Source: Malacoraja senta
Taxonomy: Eukaryota
Length of the DNA: 64,000 bases
NCBI GenBank assembly: GCA_038087875.1
Contig: CM075995.1
Coordinates: 10,666,001-10,730,000 of the forward strand
Reading direction: 5' to 3'
Shown here: positions 26,160 to 38,500 of the stretch, piece after piece
Layout: each line of letters starts with the position of its first letter
How positions within the stretch are numbered: the first letter of the stretch is position 1
The notes under the pieces: model-generated
The model's input: only the letters and a program-made list of their open reading frames with translations
The model's database searches: none
Told to the model about the DNA's origin: nothing
Position numbers and translations under genes: made by a program

Positions 26160-26735
26160 TGTACTGGAAACGGAACAATGAAATTCTTACTAGAATCAGG
26201 CCTGCAAACACAATAGTCTTAGAATGATAACACTCTAATGATATTATATAGAGCAATAACGTGGAGATAAATAAATAATATTCTATTATACAATAAATTA
26301 ATATTAATATTTTATAATACAATAAATGAATATTCAGTAATGCGAAGATGGACACAAAAAAGTGGAGGAACTCAGCGGGATAGGCAGCATATCTGGAGAG
26401 AAGGAATGAGTGACGTTTCGGGTGCAAAACCAAAGTCATAGTGCATCAAAAGACAATGTCCACAGAGGATCATAATTGCTGGGGTTAGTGTTGTGCAGTG
26501 TTCATGAGGCTAATGGTTACTGGGAAGAAGCTGCTCTGTAACATGGTGATCACAGTTTTCAGGCTCTTGTTCCTTCTTCCCCATGGTAGCAGCGAGATAG
26601 GGTGGTGTGACTTGATGATGATGCTGGCTGCCTTTTGGAGGCAGCCCCCCCAAAATATCCCTTGGATGGTGGTGTGGTCGGTGCCTGTCATGGACCGGGC
26701 AGTGTCCAACACTCTCTGTAGTCTCTTGTCCAAGA
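26160..26735 (-). mobile_element. Rex1/Babar-like 3' fragment
   Basis: LQRVLDTARSMTG...CLQKAASII...LLPWGRR.KSLK...SFFP peptide. Confidence 0.7.
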
Positions 26736-26971
26736 TGGGAACAGCTTCCAGACAATCGCCAAAGGGCTCTCAAACACGTGAAATGAGATTGAGATTTAGG
26801 TTTGATTCGTTGCTACCAACTGGGGAAGATCTGGCCCGAGATGGAAACAAGAACATTCATGGGTTGCTGGGGACTGGGCCAGGGCTGAGAGACTGTCCTG
26901 GAGATGAGACGTGATCTCACTGGACCCAGTGAAACTGACAGGTTCTGATCATGTTGTTTATTCCTGCACAG

Positions 26972-27036
26972 AGTGATTCTGCTCTACCTGCTGGCATTGA
27001 GCTGCCAGCCCTCCACATCCACCCAACAGAGAGAAG
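26972..27036 (+). CDS. F-type lectin gene exon 2: signal peptide (Q)VILLYLLALSCQPSTSTQQRE, phase 2 to 1
   Basis: Acceptor ttgtttattcctgcacAG and donor GTAAGT at 27037. Encodes a hydrophobic core typical of a signal peptide. Its phase-1 end matches the phase-1 start of the FTLD exons. Confidence 0.75.
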
Positions 27037-27065
27037 GTAAGTTGCAATTCTGTAGTTAAGGTCAT

Positions 27066-27266
27066 GCGTCAAGAGTGTTTTATTGTCATATGCCCCAGAT
27101 AGAACAATGAAATTCTTACTTGCAGTAGCACAACAGAATGTGAAAAAATTAGTACATTGTAAATATAATAACGAGAGAAAAAAAGTTTAGCGAGTGTGTA
27201 TATATACACAATACTCACAAATACACACATATATATATATATAATATATATATACAGATCATGTAG

Positions 27267-27301
<35 letters not shown>

Positions 27302-27620
27302 TGCACACATACTTGCACGCAAAAAAACAATAATAGTGCAATAATAACAATAATAGTCTATGTTGTCCAGAGCTTAGTTGAGGTTGTAGTGTTTAATAGC
27401 CGAACGGCTATAGGGAAGAAGCTATTCCCGCACCTGGAGATTGCAGTTTTCAGGCTCCTGTTCCTTTTTCCCCAATGGCAGGGGTGAAGTGAGTGTGCAG
27501 CCAGGGTGGTGTGGGTCTCTGATTATGCTGGCTGCCTTTTTGAGACGGCGATTCCGGTAAATCCCTTCGATGGTGGGAAGATCACAGTCAGTGATGGAAT
27601 GGGCAGTGTTCACAACTTTT
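27066..27620 (-). mobile_element. Rex1/Babar-like 3' fragment with AT/AC microsatellites
   Basis: QKVVNTAHSITDCDLPTIEGIY..R.LKKAASIIRDPHHPG peptide. Confidence 0.7.
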
Positions 27621-27629
27621 TGAATACAG

Positions 27630-27944
27630 AGTGGCACAGCGGTAGATTTGCTACCTTACAGCGCTTGCAGCACCAGAGGCCCAGGTTCATTCCCGACCAT
27701 GTGTACTATCTCTGCTGAGTTTATATGTTCTCCCCATGATCGCGTGGGTTTTCTCAGAGATCTTCAGTTTCCCCCCACACTCCAAAGATGTACAGGTATG
27801 TAGGTTAATTGGCTGGGCGTATGTGTAAACAGAATTGTTCATAGTGTGTGTAGGATAATGTTAATGTGCGGGGATTGCTGTCGGCCGAGTACAGTGGGCT
27901 GAAGGGCCTGTATTCGTGTTGTATTACTAAACTAAACTAAACTA
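27630..27944 (+). mobile_element. tRNA-derived V-domain SINE (HE1-like) with a CR1-type tail
   Basis: A-box gtggcacagcggtag and B-box-like ggttcattccc. V-SINE core ttctcccc..cgcgtgggttttctc...cacactccaaaga..t.caggt..taggttaattgg. (CTAAA)n tail. Confidence 0.75.
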
Positions 27945-29608
27945 GAGGTTGAGGGGACATCTGATAGAAGTACATAAAATTATAAGAGGCATAGATAGGG
28001 GAGACAGACAAACCTTATTCCCAGGGGCGTGTAAATATCAAAGACACAGAGGACACAACGTTACGTGAGACGGAGACAGTTTCAAGGAGATGTGTGGGAG
28101 ATTGTTTTAACAGAGAACGCGCTGCCAAAGGTAGTGTTGGAGGCAGACTCGAGTCTGGAGGCAGTGTGTGAGAGGCTTTTAGATTGGCACATGGAAAAAT
28201 CATGGAATCAAAGGATATGGCTCATGTACAGGCAGAGAAGATTAGTTTAACTAGGCATTGTGTTCACGTGGGCCTGTTCACGTGCGATACTGTTTATGTG
28301 TCCCATGAAGCTACAGCGGGAGGAGGGGGTTGAGGGGCAACTGCGTATGAAGACGGGTCTGTTAATGCGAGGCAATGGGCAGCGGGCATCAACGGACCTG
28401 GTCAAAGCCACAGGGCTGAATGATCAAAGGCATGAGTCAACTTCCCGCCTGGGTTGGGGGGGGGGGGGGGGGACTAAAGGGTTAGCATCTGGAGATAAAT
28501 TGGGGGGGTGTTGCAAGTAAGATAAATGAAAAGTAAAACTGTGGAGGGAAAAGACAGACGATGTTTCCAGGGCAGAAATCGCTATCAAAGCATGGGAGGG
28601 TGTACTTCCTTGGCTTCAGCCGTAAGTCCTGTGGATGTTAATTAGCTCAGGATTCTTCTCGTTTCCAGCCCCGCGTCGTGGACGCTTCTACTATGGGGCC
28701 ATTAGAATGAGTTGACTAGTGCAGATCTGTACCACAGATTTAAAATACACTGGACAACATGCTAGACAACAAAATATAGGACAGGACACTTTCAAGACAG
28801 GAAACCAAGCTATTAAAACCAAGCAATATATAAATAATCTGCATTATAAGCAGCCTGAAACTATGTATTCTTGGATGTATTAAACACAATTATATTTACT
28901 AAAGATTAAGGAATGCATATCGATGTAGCAGTTAAAAGTGACAGTTAACAGTGACATCGTTTTCGTCTCAGTCAGACGAATTAAGTAATAAACGATTCAT
29001 TCTGCAATACACTACTCATTAAACCCGACACAATACTTTACAAAGCTTGTAATGAATATGGAATGGATGAGCATTTATCATTAACAAAGGATGACATTTT
29101 CAGAGTATTTTCTTTTCAGAGTCTGAGACAGCTGATCATCTCATCAGCATGCGGCCGCGACTCCGCAGCGGTCGGTCGGATGGGAGCTGATTGCAAAATA
29201 CATGTTTCACAAAACATGGGGGGGGGATTGTGCCCCACCTCAGAAAACATGGTGGGGGGCACGTCCCCCTTTAAGGTGAGAGGGGGGGGGGTCTAAAAGA
29301 AATGTGCAAGGCAAGTTTTAAACAGAGTGGTGGGTGTCTCGAACGTGGTGGTGGTGGAGGCCGACACGATTATGGCGTTCAAGGGTTTTTCGGGCAGGAA
29401 CATGCACATGTATGGTGTAGATGGATCTGGATCTAGTTCATTCTGATGAGATGAGTTCATCTTCGCATCATCATCGGTAAAAACATTGTGGGCTGAACAG
29501 CCGCATCCTGTGCTGTGCTGTGTTGTAAGACATTGGTGATGCCAAACTTTGAGAATTGTATTCAGTTCCCCTCGCACGGCTATAGGAAAGATGCCATCAA
29601 GCTGGAAG

Positions 29609-30135
29609 TAGACACAAATGCTGGAGAAACTCAGCGGGTGAGGCATCTATGGAGCGAATGCTTCGGGTCGAGATCCGTCTTCAGACTGATGTGGGGGTGG
29701 GGGGGAGGGAAGGAGAAAGGAAGAGGCAGAGACAGTGGGCTGTGGGAGAGCTGGGAAGGGGAGGGGAAAGAGGGAGAAAGCAAGGACTACCTGAAATTGG
29801 AGAAGTCAATGTTCATACCGCTGGGATGTGAACTACCCAAGCAAAATATGAGGTGCTGCTCCTCCAATTTGCGGTTGGACTCACTCTGGCCATTGACGAG
29901 TTGAAGTGTTGAGCCATGGGAGATCAGGTTGGTTATTGCGAACTGAGCGAAGGTGTTGGGCAAAGCGATCGCCAAGCCTGCGCTTGGTCTCACCGATGTA
30001 GAGCAGTTGGCACCTAGAACAGCGGATGCTTTAGATGAGGTTGGAGGAGGTGCAGGTGGAAAGACTGCTTGGGTCCTTGGATGGAGTGGAGGGGAGAGGT
30101 AAAGCAACAATGGGCCTCCTCCATGGCCAGAGCAA
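29609..30135 (-). mobile_element. Penelope-like element 3' fragment (GIY-YIG endonuclease)
   Basis: The minus strand encodes CSRCQLLYIGETKRRLGDRFAQHLRSV and RKLEEQHLIFCLGS..P.GMNIDFSNFR, followed by the terminal region with a hammerhead-like motif. Confidence 0.8.
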
Positions 30136-30146
30136 AGGCATTGTGG

Positions 30147-32370
30147 CGTCATGCAGGTGCAGCAGGCAGTGCAGATAGCGAATGGTAAGTTAGCATTCAT
30201 AGCAAAAGTATTTGAGTAGAGGAGCAGGGAGGTTCTACTGCAGTTGTACAGGGTCTTGGTGAGACCACACCTGGAGTATTGCATACAGTTTTGGTCTCCA
30301 AATCTGAGGAAAGACATTCTTGCCATAGAGGGAGTACAGAGAAGGTTCACCAGACTGATTCCTGGGATGTCAGGACTTTCATATGAAGAAAGACTGGATA
30401 GACTCGGCTTGTACTCGCTAGAATTTAGAAGATTGAGGAGGGATCTTATAGAAACTTACAAAACTCTTAAGGGGTTGGACAGGCTAGATGCAGGAAGATT
30501 GTTGCGATGTTGGGGAAGTCCAGGACAAGGGGTCACAGTTTAGGGATAAAGGGGAAATCTTTTAGGACCGAGATGAGAAAAACATTTTTCACACAGAGAG
30601 CGGTGAATCTCTGGAATTCTCTGCCACAGAAGGTAGTTGAGGCCAGTTCATTGGCTATATTTAAGAGGGAGTTAGATGTGGCCCTTGAGGCTAAAGGGAT
30701 CAGGGGGTATGGAGAGAAGGCAGGTACAGGATACTGTATTGGCACTGTACCCACCTGCTTCAAGCATGCGGTGGTCCAGCCACTCCTGAAAAAACCTAAC
30801 CTTGACCCCACCTTGCCAAGCAACTACAGACCCATTTCTAAACTGCCTTTCCTCTCAAAAGCCCTTGAAAAGGTAATTTTAAGTCAACATGCCTTACCTT
30901 CACCAAAACACTATCTTGGAAACTTTCCAATCAGGTTTCAGGGCTCTCCACAGCACTGTTGAAGGTACCTAATGACCTAGTGCTCACCGTTGACTCCGGC
31001 GACTGTGCAATCCTGTTCCTTCTTGACCTCAGTGCAGCATTTGATTCTGTCGACCACACCATCCTAATTGACCTTCTCCGGTACGGGGTTGGTATTGATT
31101 GCACTGCCCTGACCTGGTTCATCGCCTACCTCAAACGTAGGAGTTTCTCGACTAACATAGGCAACTCTTTCTCCTCCCCAGCTAATCTCTGCTGTGGGGT
31201 TCCACAAGGTTCCATCCTTGGCCCCATTCTCTTCTCCCTTTATATGCTTCCCTTAGGCCAAGAGATTGAAAGGCACGGCATTTCCTTCCATTGCTACGCA
31301 GGCGATACACAACTCTATCTCCCCCTGAAGCCCAAAAACCAATCAAATCTGCTTAACCTTACCTGCTGCCTCGAGGATATAAAGTGTTGGATGGCCCAGA
31401 ACTTCCTCCAATTAAACGAGAGTAAGTCTGAGGTCATACTTCTCGGCCCCTCGGACTCAATCAAAATGATAGCAGGCAGCCTTGGAAGCCTTACCCCACT
31501 ACTCAAACCTCACATCATAAACCTTGGCGTGATATTTGACTCAGCACTGAAATTTGACAAACAAGTCAATGCCGTGGTAAAAGCTAGCTTCTTTCAGCTT
31601 CGGACGATAGCTAAAATAAAACAATTCCTCCACTTTGATGACCTCGAAAAGATCATCCACACATTTATCTCCTCCCGCCTAGATTACTGCAATTCCCTTT
31701 ACACTGGCATCAGCCAATCTTCCCTGTCCTGCCTGCAACTGGTCCAAAATGCTACAGCAAGACTCCTGACGGGCACCCGAAAAAGGGACCACATCACCCC
31801 AATCCTGGCCTCTCTCCACTGACTCCCTGTGCGGTTCTGTATACATTTCAAGATCCTCCTCTATGTCGACAAAGCCCTCAATGGGCTTGCCCCCACCTAC
31901 ATAAAAAGTCTTCTCACCCACCACTCCACCTCCAGGTCCCTCAGATCGGCCGACTTGGGGTTGCTGAATATCCCGCGGTCTAGGCATAAGCTCAGGGGCA
32001 ACCGCGCCTTTGCGGTTGCAGCTCCTAGACTGTGGAACAGCATCCCCCTTCCCATCAGAACTGCCCCCTCCATCGACTCCTTTAAGTCAAGACTAAAAAC
32101 GTATCTATACTCCCAAGCCTTTCTTGACATCCTCGAGCGAGGGCTATATGTATATATGTATATATGTATGTAGTTTGTTTGTTTATATTATTCTATAACA
32201 AATGTAAAGCACTTTGGCCAACGAGAGTTGTTTTTTAAATGTGCTATATAAATAAATGTGACTTGACGGAGTTGGATGATCAGCCATGATCATATTGAAT
32301 GGCGGTGCAGGCTCGAAGGGCCGAATGGCCTACTCCTGCACCTATTTTCTATGTTTCTATGTTTCTATGT
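30147..32370 (+). mobile_element. CR1 3' fragment (30147-30736 and 32268-32370) split by L2
   Basis: ggatactg ... gagttggatgatcagcc is continuous across the insert; TTTCTATG tail. Confidence 0.85.
30737..32267 (+). mobile_element. 5'-truncated L2-clade LINE (RT + 3' UTR)
   Basis: Motifs LDLSAAFD, VPQGSILGP, YAGDTQLY, SRLDYCNSL, HITPILASLH and AFAVAAPRLWN. 3' end tgtaaagcactttg...tgctatataaataaa. Confidence 0.9.
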
Positions 32371-32825
32371 CATCAGCTCGCTTCAGCATGTTAGATTTTA
32401 AAATGATGTCAGATTGGTGAACAATTTTGGTAAAAAACTAGGGAAATAATGAATCAAAATTTCTGACGATTGGATTTTTGAAATTATGACATAAATCTCT
32501 ACCGGAATATGTAAAAATTCCACCGTTACCGCGTCCGGTTTTCGAGGAGATGTGAATCAAAGGAAAAGTTCAAGCAAGCATCCCCACAAGTAAACATCCA
32601 AGATCAGGGTTTTATAATATAAACTAGACCAAGTGCAGACCCGTTGGGTCTGTTCCCCTACCGTGCGGTTTTCGGGGGGGAGGCATGCGGCATCACACAC
32701 ACTAACCACACCCACACATGCACTAACTACCCCCCTTGATATTATATTAATATCATTAATTTGCTCCTTTTACCCCATAACCGCCCTATCTACTGACGCA
32801 TGGCCCCCAACTCGCAGGCACGTCT

Positions 32826-34035
32826 AGAGAGGGAGGGGGATAGTGAGGGTAGAGAGAGAAGAGGCAGAGACAGAGAGAGGGGCAGACAGATAGGGGGGCA
32901 AGAGACAGAGGGAGAGGGGGGAGGAGGAGAGGGAGGGTGGGTGAGGGGGGAAGGTGGGGAGATGGGAAGAGAGGGGAGGAGCGAGAGAGAGGAGGAGCGA
33001 GAGAGGGGAGGAGAGAGAGGGGGAGGAGAGAGAGGGGGAGGAGAGAGAGGGGGAGAGGGGATGTGGGGAGGGGGGTTAGGGGAGGAAAGGAGGGTGAGGG
33101 GGTGGAGGGGAGAGGTGGAGAGAAGTGGGTAGGAAAGGGGGTGGAGGGGACGGGGTGGAGGGAAGGGGGTAGGGGAGGGTGTGGAGGGGAGGGTGGTTCA
33201 GGGGAGGGAGGGTGGGTGAGGGGGGTGGAGGGGAGAATGGGGGGAGAGAGAGGGGGGAGAGAGAGGGGGGAGAGAGAGGGGGGAGAGAGAGGGGGGAGAG
33301 AGAGGGGGGAGAGAGAGGGGGGAGAGAGAGGGGGGAGAGAGAGGGGGGAGAGAGAGGGGGGAGAGAGAGGGGGGAGAGAGAGGGGGGAGAGAGAGGGGGG
33401 AGAGAGAGGGGGGAGAGAGAGGGGGGAGAGAGAGGGGGAGAGAGAGAGGGGGGAGAGAGAGAGGGGGGAGAGAGAGAGGGGGGAGAGAGAGAGGGGGGAG
33501 AGAGAGAGGGGGGAGAGAGAGAGGGGGGAGAGAGAGAGGGGGGAGAGAGAGAGGGGGGAGAGAGAGAGGGGGGAGAGAGAGAGGGGGGAGAGAGAGAGGG
33601 GGGAGAGAGAGAGGGGGGAGAGAGAGAGGGGGGAGAGAGAGAGGGGGGAGAGAGAGAGGGGGGAGAGAGAGAGGGGGAGAGAGAGAGGGGGGAGAGAGAG
33701 AGGGGGGAGAGAGAGAGGGGGGAGAGAGAGAGGGGGGGAGAGAGAGGGGGGAGAGAGAGAGGGGGGAGAGAGAGAGGGGGGAGAGAGAGAGGGGGGAGAG
33801 AGAGAGGGGGGAGAGAGAGGGGGGAGAGAGAGAGGGGGGAGAGAGAGAGGGGGGAGAGAGAGAGGGGGGAGAGAGAGAGGGGGGAGAGAGAGAGGGGGGA
33901 GAGAGAGAGGGGGGAGAGAGAGAGGGGGGAGAGAGAGAGGGGGGAGAGAGAGAGGGGAGAGAGAGAGGGGGGAGAGAGAGAGGGGAGAGAGGGGGGAGAG
34001 AGAGAGGGGAGAGAGAGAGGGGGGGAGGAGAGGGG
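32826..34035 (+). repeat. Polypurine GA-rich minisatellite (13-mer then 15-mer G5-6(AG)n units)
   Basis: Purine-only from ~33240 to 34034. Similar degenerate tracts at 35505-35740, 36520-37045 and 37920-39070. Confidence 0.95.
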
Positions 34036-35505
34036 TGATGGTGCTAAAAGGACTTTGGAGTTATGAGCGTTTGGAAATAAGGGTGGAAAAGTATTTTGTT
34101 CTTGCAGATTTTACTGCTTCCTGTTATTTGTGAAGATTGTTTTTCAGGAGTTCAAAGGAAATTTGAAACTTATCAGATTTGTACTTCCGTTCTGATTTTC
34201 TGCATTCTCTTCTTAGGGCTCTGGTGGTGTCATTGAGCCACGGCCAGCCATTAGGCTTAGGCCTTTTCATTTTAAGAGGAGCAACAGAATCCAGGATGGA
34301 AGAGCAAGTAGTATTGAATGAGGTCGTCGGTGCTGAGATGGAGGGGAGACGCCTCAATAGTGCAGATGTCGGGCGCGGCTATGAGTGCCTCAGAGAACTT
34401 ACTGGCCATCGTGGAATTAACGTAGCGGGAGTAGCGAGCAGGGAGATGGGATTTTGAGGGAGAGAAAGGCAGAGATGTATCGAATATAATTGCACTATGA
34501 TCAGACAGTCAGGCATCAATAATATCGGTATTACAAATTGGGGGACGAGACGAAAGCACTAGGTCTAGTGTATGGCCAAGCTTATGCGTGGGTCCAGTGG
34601 TGAGTAGAGACAGATTGAAGGACTCAACCAGGTTCATAAATTCACTCACAAGAGGGTTAGTGGGACAGCAGACATGAATGTTAAAGTCACCAAGAATCAG
34701 GACCCAGTCAAATTTGGGCAACAAGCCAGCGATAAGATCAGCAAATTTTGAGATAAAGTCCTTATGCATTTTTGGTGGGCGATGCACAAGAACAATTAAA
34801 AGTGGAGAGATTAGACCAACTATGATTAGTTGATGTTCAAAACTGGAGACATGATCAGCGTTCAGAAGGCGGCAGTTGAAATGCTTCTTAAACACAGTGG
34901 CTAGGCCCCCACCGTGACCGGAGAGCTGAAAAAGTTACAGGTATCAGGACAGAGTTCCACGAATGGAGCAAGCTCACCAGGATTTAGCCAGGTTTCTGTG
35001 ATCAGTAGGAAGTCCAATCCACATGCAGTGAAGAAGTCATTGAGGACGAAGGTTTTGTTCAGCACTGATCTCGTGTTGATCAGGGCCACTTTTGCAGGGA
35101 CTGCAGGTGAGTTGTGGTCCGGTAGCGGCTCCCACTCCAGCGGGCGGAGGTTCAGGGAGACCACGCCGCTGCGCTTCACACAGGGCCCGGCTGGGTGCCC
35201 GCGTGCTGACAGACACATCGGGAACCGGGACTGGGAAAATCGACCGGAGAGAAGCATATCTGGGCTCGAGGGACCGCCGATGGATGGAGTGGTAGGGCCG
35301 ACCAGGTCCGTCCTCAGAACACTGGGCAAGGTAAGCAGATGTTAAACGGGCGAGGGCGAGGTTCTTCAACCTAACCAGGGTGCCCGCGCGTTTACCCCGC
35401 ATCCTGGCTCGGCGCGTGCGGCGGCCGCCGCAAGGCCAAGTCCATTCATCCATCGGGAGCCGAACAAGGAGTGAACGGTAAGGGAAGCCTTGTCCGGGGC
35501 TCAGT
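34036..35505 (-). mobile_element. L2 5'/endonuclease fragment embedded in a Helitron unit
   Basis: Motifs ALINTRSVLNK, LITETWL, VHRPPK, LGDFNIH, THKLGHTLDLV and PWLNDTTRALRRECRK. No RT and no 3' tail. Confidence 0.8.
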
Positions 35506-38500
35506 CAGAGAGAGAGGGTAGAGAGAGGGTGGAGAGAGAGGGGGGTGAGGGGAGGATGAGGGGAGGGAGAGAGGGGGAGAGGGGAGAGTGAGAGGGGGAG
35601 AGAGAGGGGGTGAGGGGGTGAGGGGAGTGGGGAGAAGTGGGGGGAAGGGAGGGGGGAGAGAGAGAGAGGGGGAGAGAGAGAGGGGGGAGAGATAGAGAGA
35701 GAGAGGGGGAGAGAGAGAGGGGGAGAGAGAGTGGAGGGGGTCGCAAGGTTTTTTTCAAAGCTCGCTTGTCCGCTCGCCATGTTCTACCATCGGGCGGGGA
35801 GACCGAGCGGATTCCGACGCAAGCCGGTGGCCTCCGGTGACCGGCTGTGACCTCCGGATCTGCAGATCGCTCGTTCTTTCTGCGCGTTTTGAAGAACGGG
35901 GGGGGGGGGAAGGGCGAGAGTGTTAACTTACCTCGTGGAAAACTGCGCCTGCGCGTTCACAGCACCTACATTAATCCACAGCGGGGGGCGGGGCCAGGAG
36001 GCAGGTGGGCTTCAATTGGTGAGCATGTGGGCATTGTGACGTCAGCAGCTGGCAAGCGGTGATTATTTTTTTTAGGTTTGTGAAAAATGTTATTCAAAAT
36101 CTGGGGAAATAATTGACCAAATTTAGAGAGGAGTGGCTTTCTGAAATTATAAGTTAAATCCCTACCGAATTTTTGAAATCATGAGGTAAATCTCTACTGG
36201 AATATGTAAAAATCTCCCCTTTTTGCATGTGGTTTTCGAGGAGATACGTTTCAAAGGCAAAATGACACCCACACCCAGAGTTTTAAAAGTATACTAGACC
36301 AAGTGCAGACCCGTTGGGTCTGTTCCCCCAACGTGCGGTTGCCGGGGGGGGGGCAGCATGCGGCGTCACACACACTAACCACCCCCACACACCCATTACC
36401 TGCCCCCCCGCACCCACTCTAACTACTCCCTTGTTATTATATTAACATTACTAATTTGCTCCTTTTACCAATAACCACCCTATCTACTGACGCATAGCCC
36501 CCAACTCGCAGGCGCGTCTAGAGAGGGGAGTAGAGAGTGAGGGCAAGGGTAGAGAGTGAGGGAGAAGGGGAAGAGACAGAGAGAGGGGGGCAGACAGTGA
36601 GGGGTGGAGGGGAGGAGGAGAGGGAGGGTGGGTGAGGGGGGAGGTCGGGAGAGAGAGAGGGGAGAGAGGGGGGAGGTAGTGGGGGGGAGAGAGGGGGTAG
36701 AGAGGGGGTAGAGAGGGGACAGAGGGGAAAGAGAGATAGGAGAGAGAGAGAGGGGGGGATAGAGAGAGGGGAAGAGAGAGAGGGGGAGAGAGAGGGGGCG
36801 AGAGAGAGACAGAGGGGAGAGCGAGAGAGATGGGGAGAGAGAGGGGGTGAGAGAGATGGGGAGAGAGAGGTGGGGGAGAGAGGTGGGGGAGAGAGAGAGG
36901 TGGGGGAGAGAGAGAGGTGGGGGAGAGAAAGAGGGGGGGGAGAGAGAGAGAGAGGGGGAGAGAGAGATGGGGAGAGAGAGAGGAGAGAGGAGAGAGAGAG
37001 AGAGGAGTGGAGAGAGAGGAGGGGAGAGCGAGAGAGGGAGGGGGGTCGCAAGGTTATTTTCAAAGTTCTCTTGCCCACTCGCAAGATTTTTTTCAAAGGA
37101 CTTGTGAGTGGCGCGACTGGCAGCACCTTTGGTTTGCAGCGGGAGGGTGGGAGGGAGGGGCGTGACTTCACTCGCTGCGCCGGGGGCAGGTTTCCAAGAG
37201 GGAGTCATGGCCTTCTCATCGCGTGCCCCGCGCGAGGACAAAGGCCGCCGCTGCCACGTTCTACCATCGGGCGGGGAGACGGAGAGGGTTCAGATGCAAG
37301 CCAGTGGCCTCCGGTGACCGGCTGAGACATCTGGATCTGCAGAACGCTCGTTCTTTCTGTGCACTTTGAAGAACGGGGAGGGGGAGAGTGGTAACGTACC
37401 TCATGGAAAACTGCGCATCAGCTGCATAATCCATAGCGGCGGGGCCACGAGGCAGGTGGGCTTCGAATGGTGGGCATGTGGGCATTGTGACGTCAGCAGC
37501 TGGCTAGTGGCGATTATTTTGTGAACAATTTTATTCAAAATCTGGGGAAATAATTGACCAAATTTAGAAAGGAGTGGCTTTCTGAAATCATAAGATAAAT
37601 CCCTACCGAAATATGTAAACATCTCCCCGTTTTTGCGTGTGGTTTTCGAGGAGATACGTTTCAAAGGCAAAATGACACACACAGAGTTTTAAAAGTATAC
37701 TAGACCAAGTGCAGACCCATTGGGTCTGTTCCCCCAACGTGCGTTGGCGGGGGGGGGGCGACATGCGGCGTCACACATACTAACCACCCCCCTCACACAC
37801 ACTAACTACCCCCCGCACACACGCTAACTACCCCCTTATTATTATATTAATATTAATTTGCTCCTTTTACCCCATAACCGCCCTATCTGCTGACGCATAG
37901 CCCCCAACTCGCAGGTGTGTCTAGAGAGGGAGGGGGGTAGAGAGTGAGGGCAGAGAGAAGGGGCAGAGACAGAGAGGGGCAGAGACAGAGTGGGGCAAGA
38001 GGCAGAGGGAGTGGAGGGGAGGAGGAGAGGGAGGGTGGGTGAGGGGGGAGAGACAGAGAGGGGAGGAGAGTGAGGGGATGAGAGAGGGGAGATGAGAGAG
38101 GGGGGATGAGAGAGGGGGAGAGGAGGGAGAGAGAGAGGGGAGAGGGAGGAGAGAGGGGGAGAGGAGAGAGGGTGGAGAGAGAGGGGGAAAAGAGAGAGAG
38201 GGGAGGAGAGAGAGAGGGGAGGAGAGAGAGAGGGGAGAGAGAGTGAGGGGGAGAGAGAGGGGGAAAGAGAGAGGGAGGCGAGAGATAGGGAGGTGAGAGA
38301 GGGATATAGGGGGAGAGGGATTTAGGGGTAGAGAGAGGGGGAGAGAGAGAGGTGGGGAGTGAGAGAGGGGGAGAGGGGGAGGGAGAGAGAGACAGGGGGA
38401 AGAGAGGGGGGAGAGGTGCGGCATCACACACACTAACCACCCCCTTGTTATTATATTAATATTATTAATTTGCTCCTTTTACACCATAAACGCCCTATCT

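Noticed and set aside
28650..29290. Possible extra exon after ttcttctcgtttccAG (~28668)
   Set aside because: The phase-1 reading stops after ~15 codons with no lectin similarity and no clear donor. The stretch is more likely an unidentified repeat, which I cannot classify.
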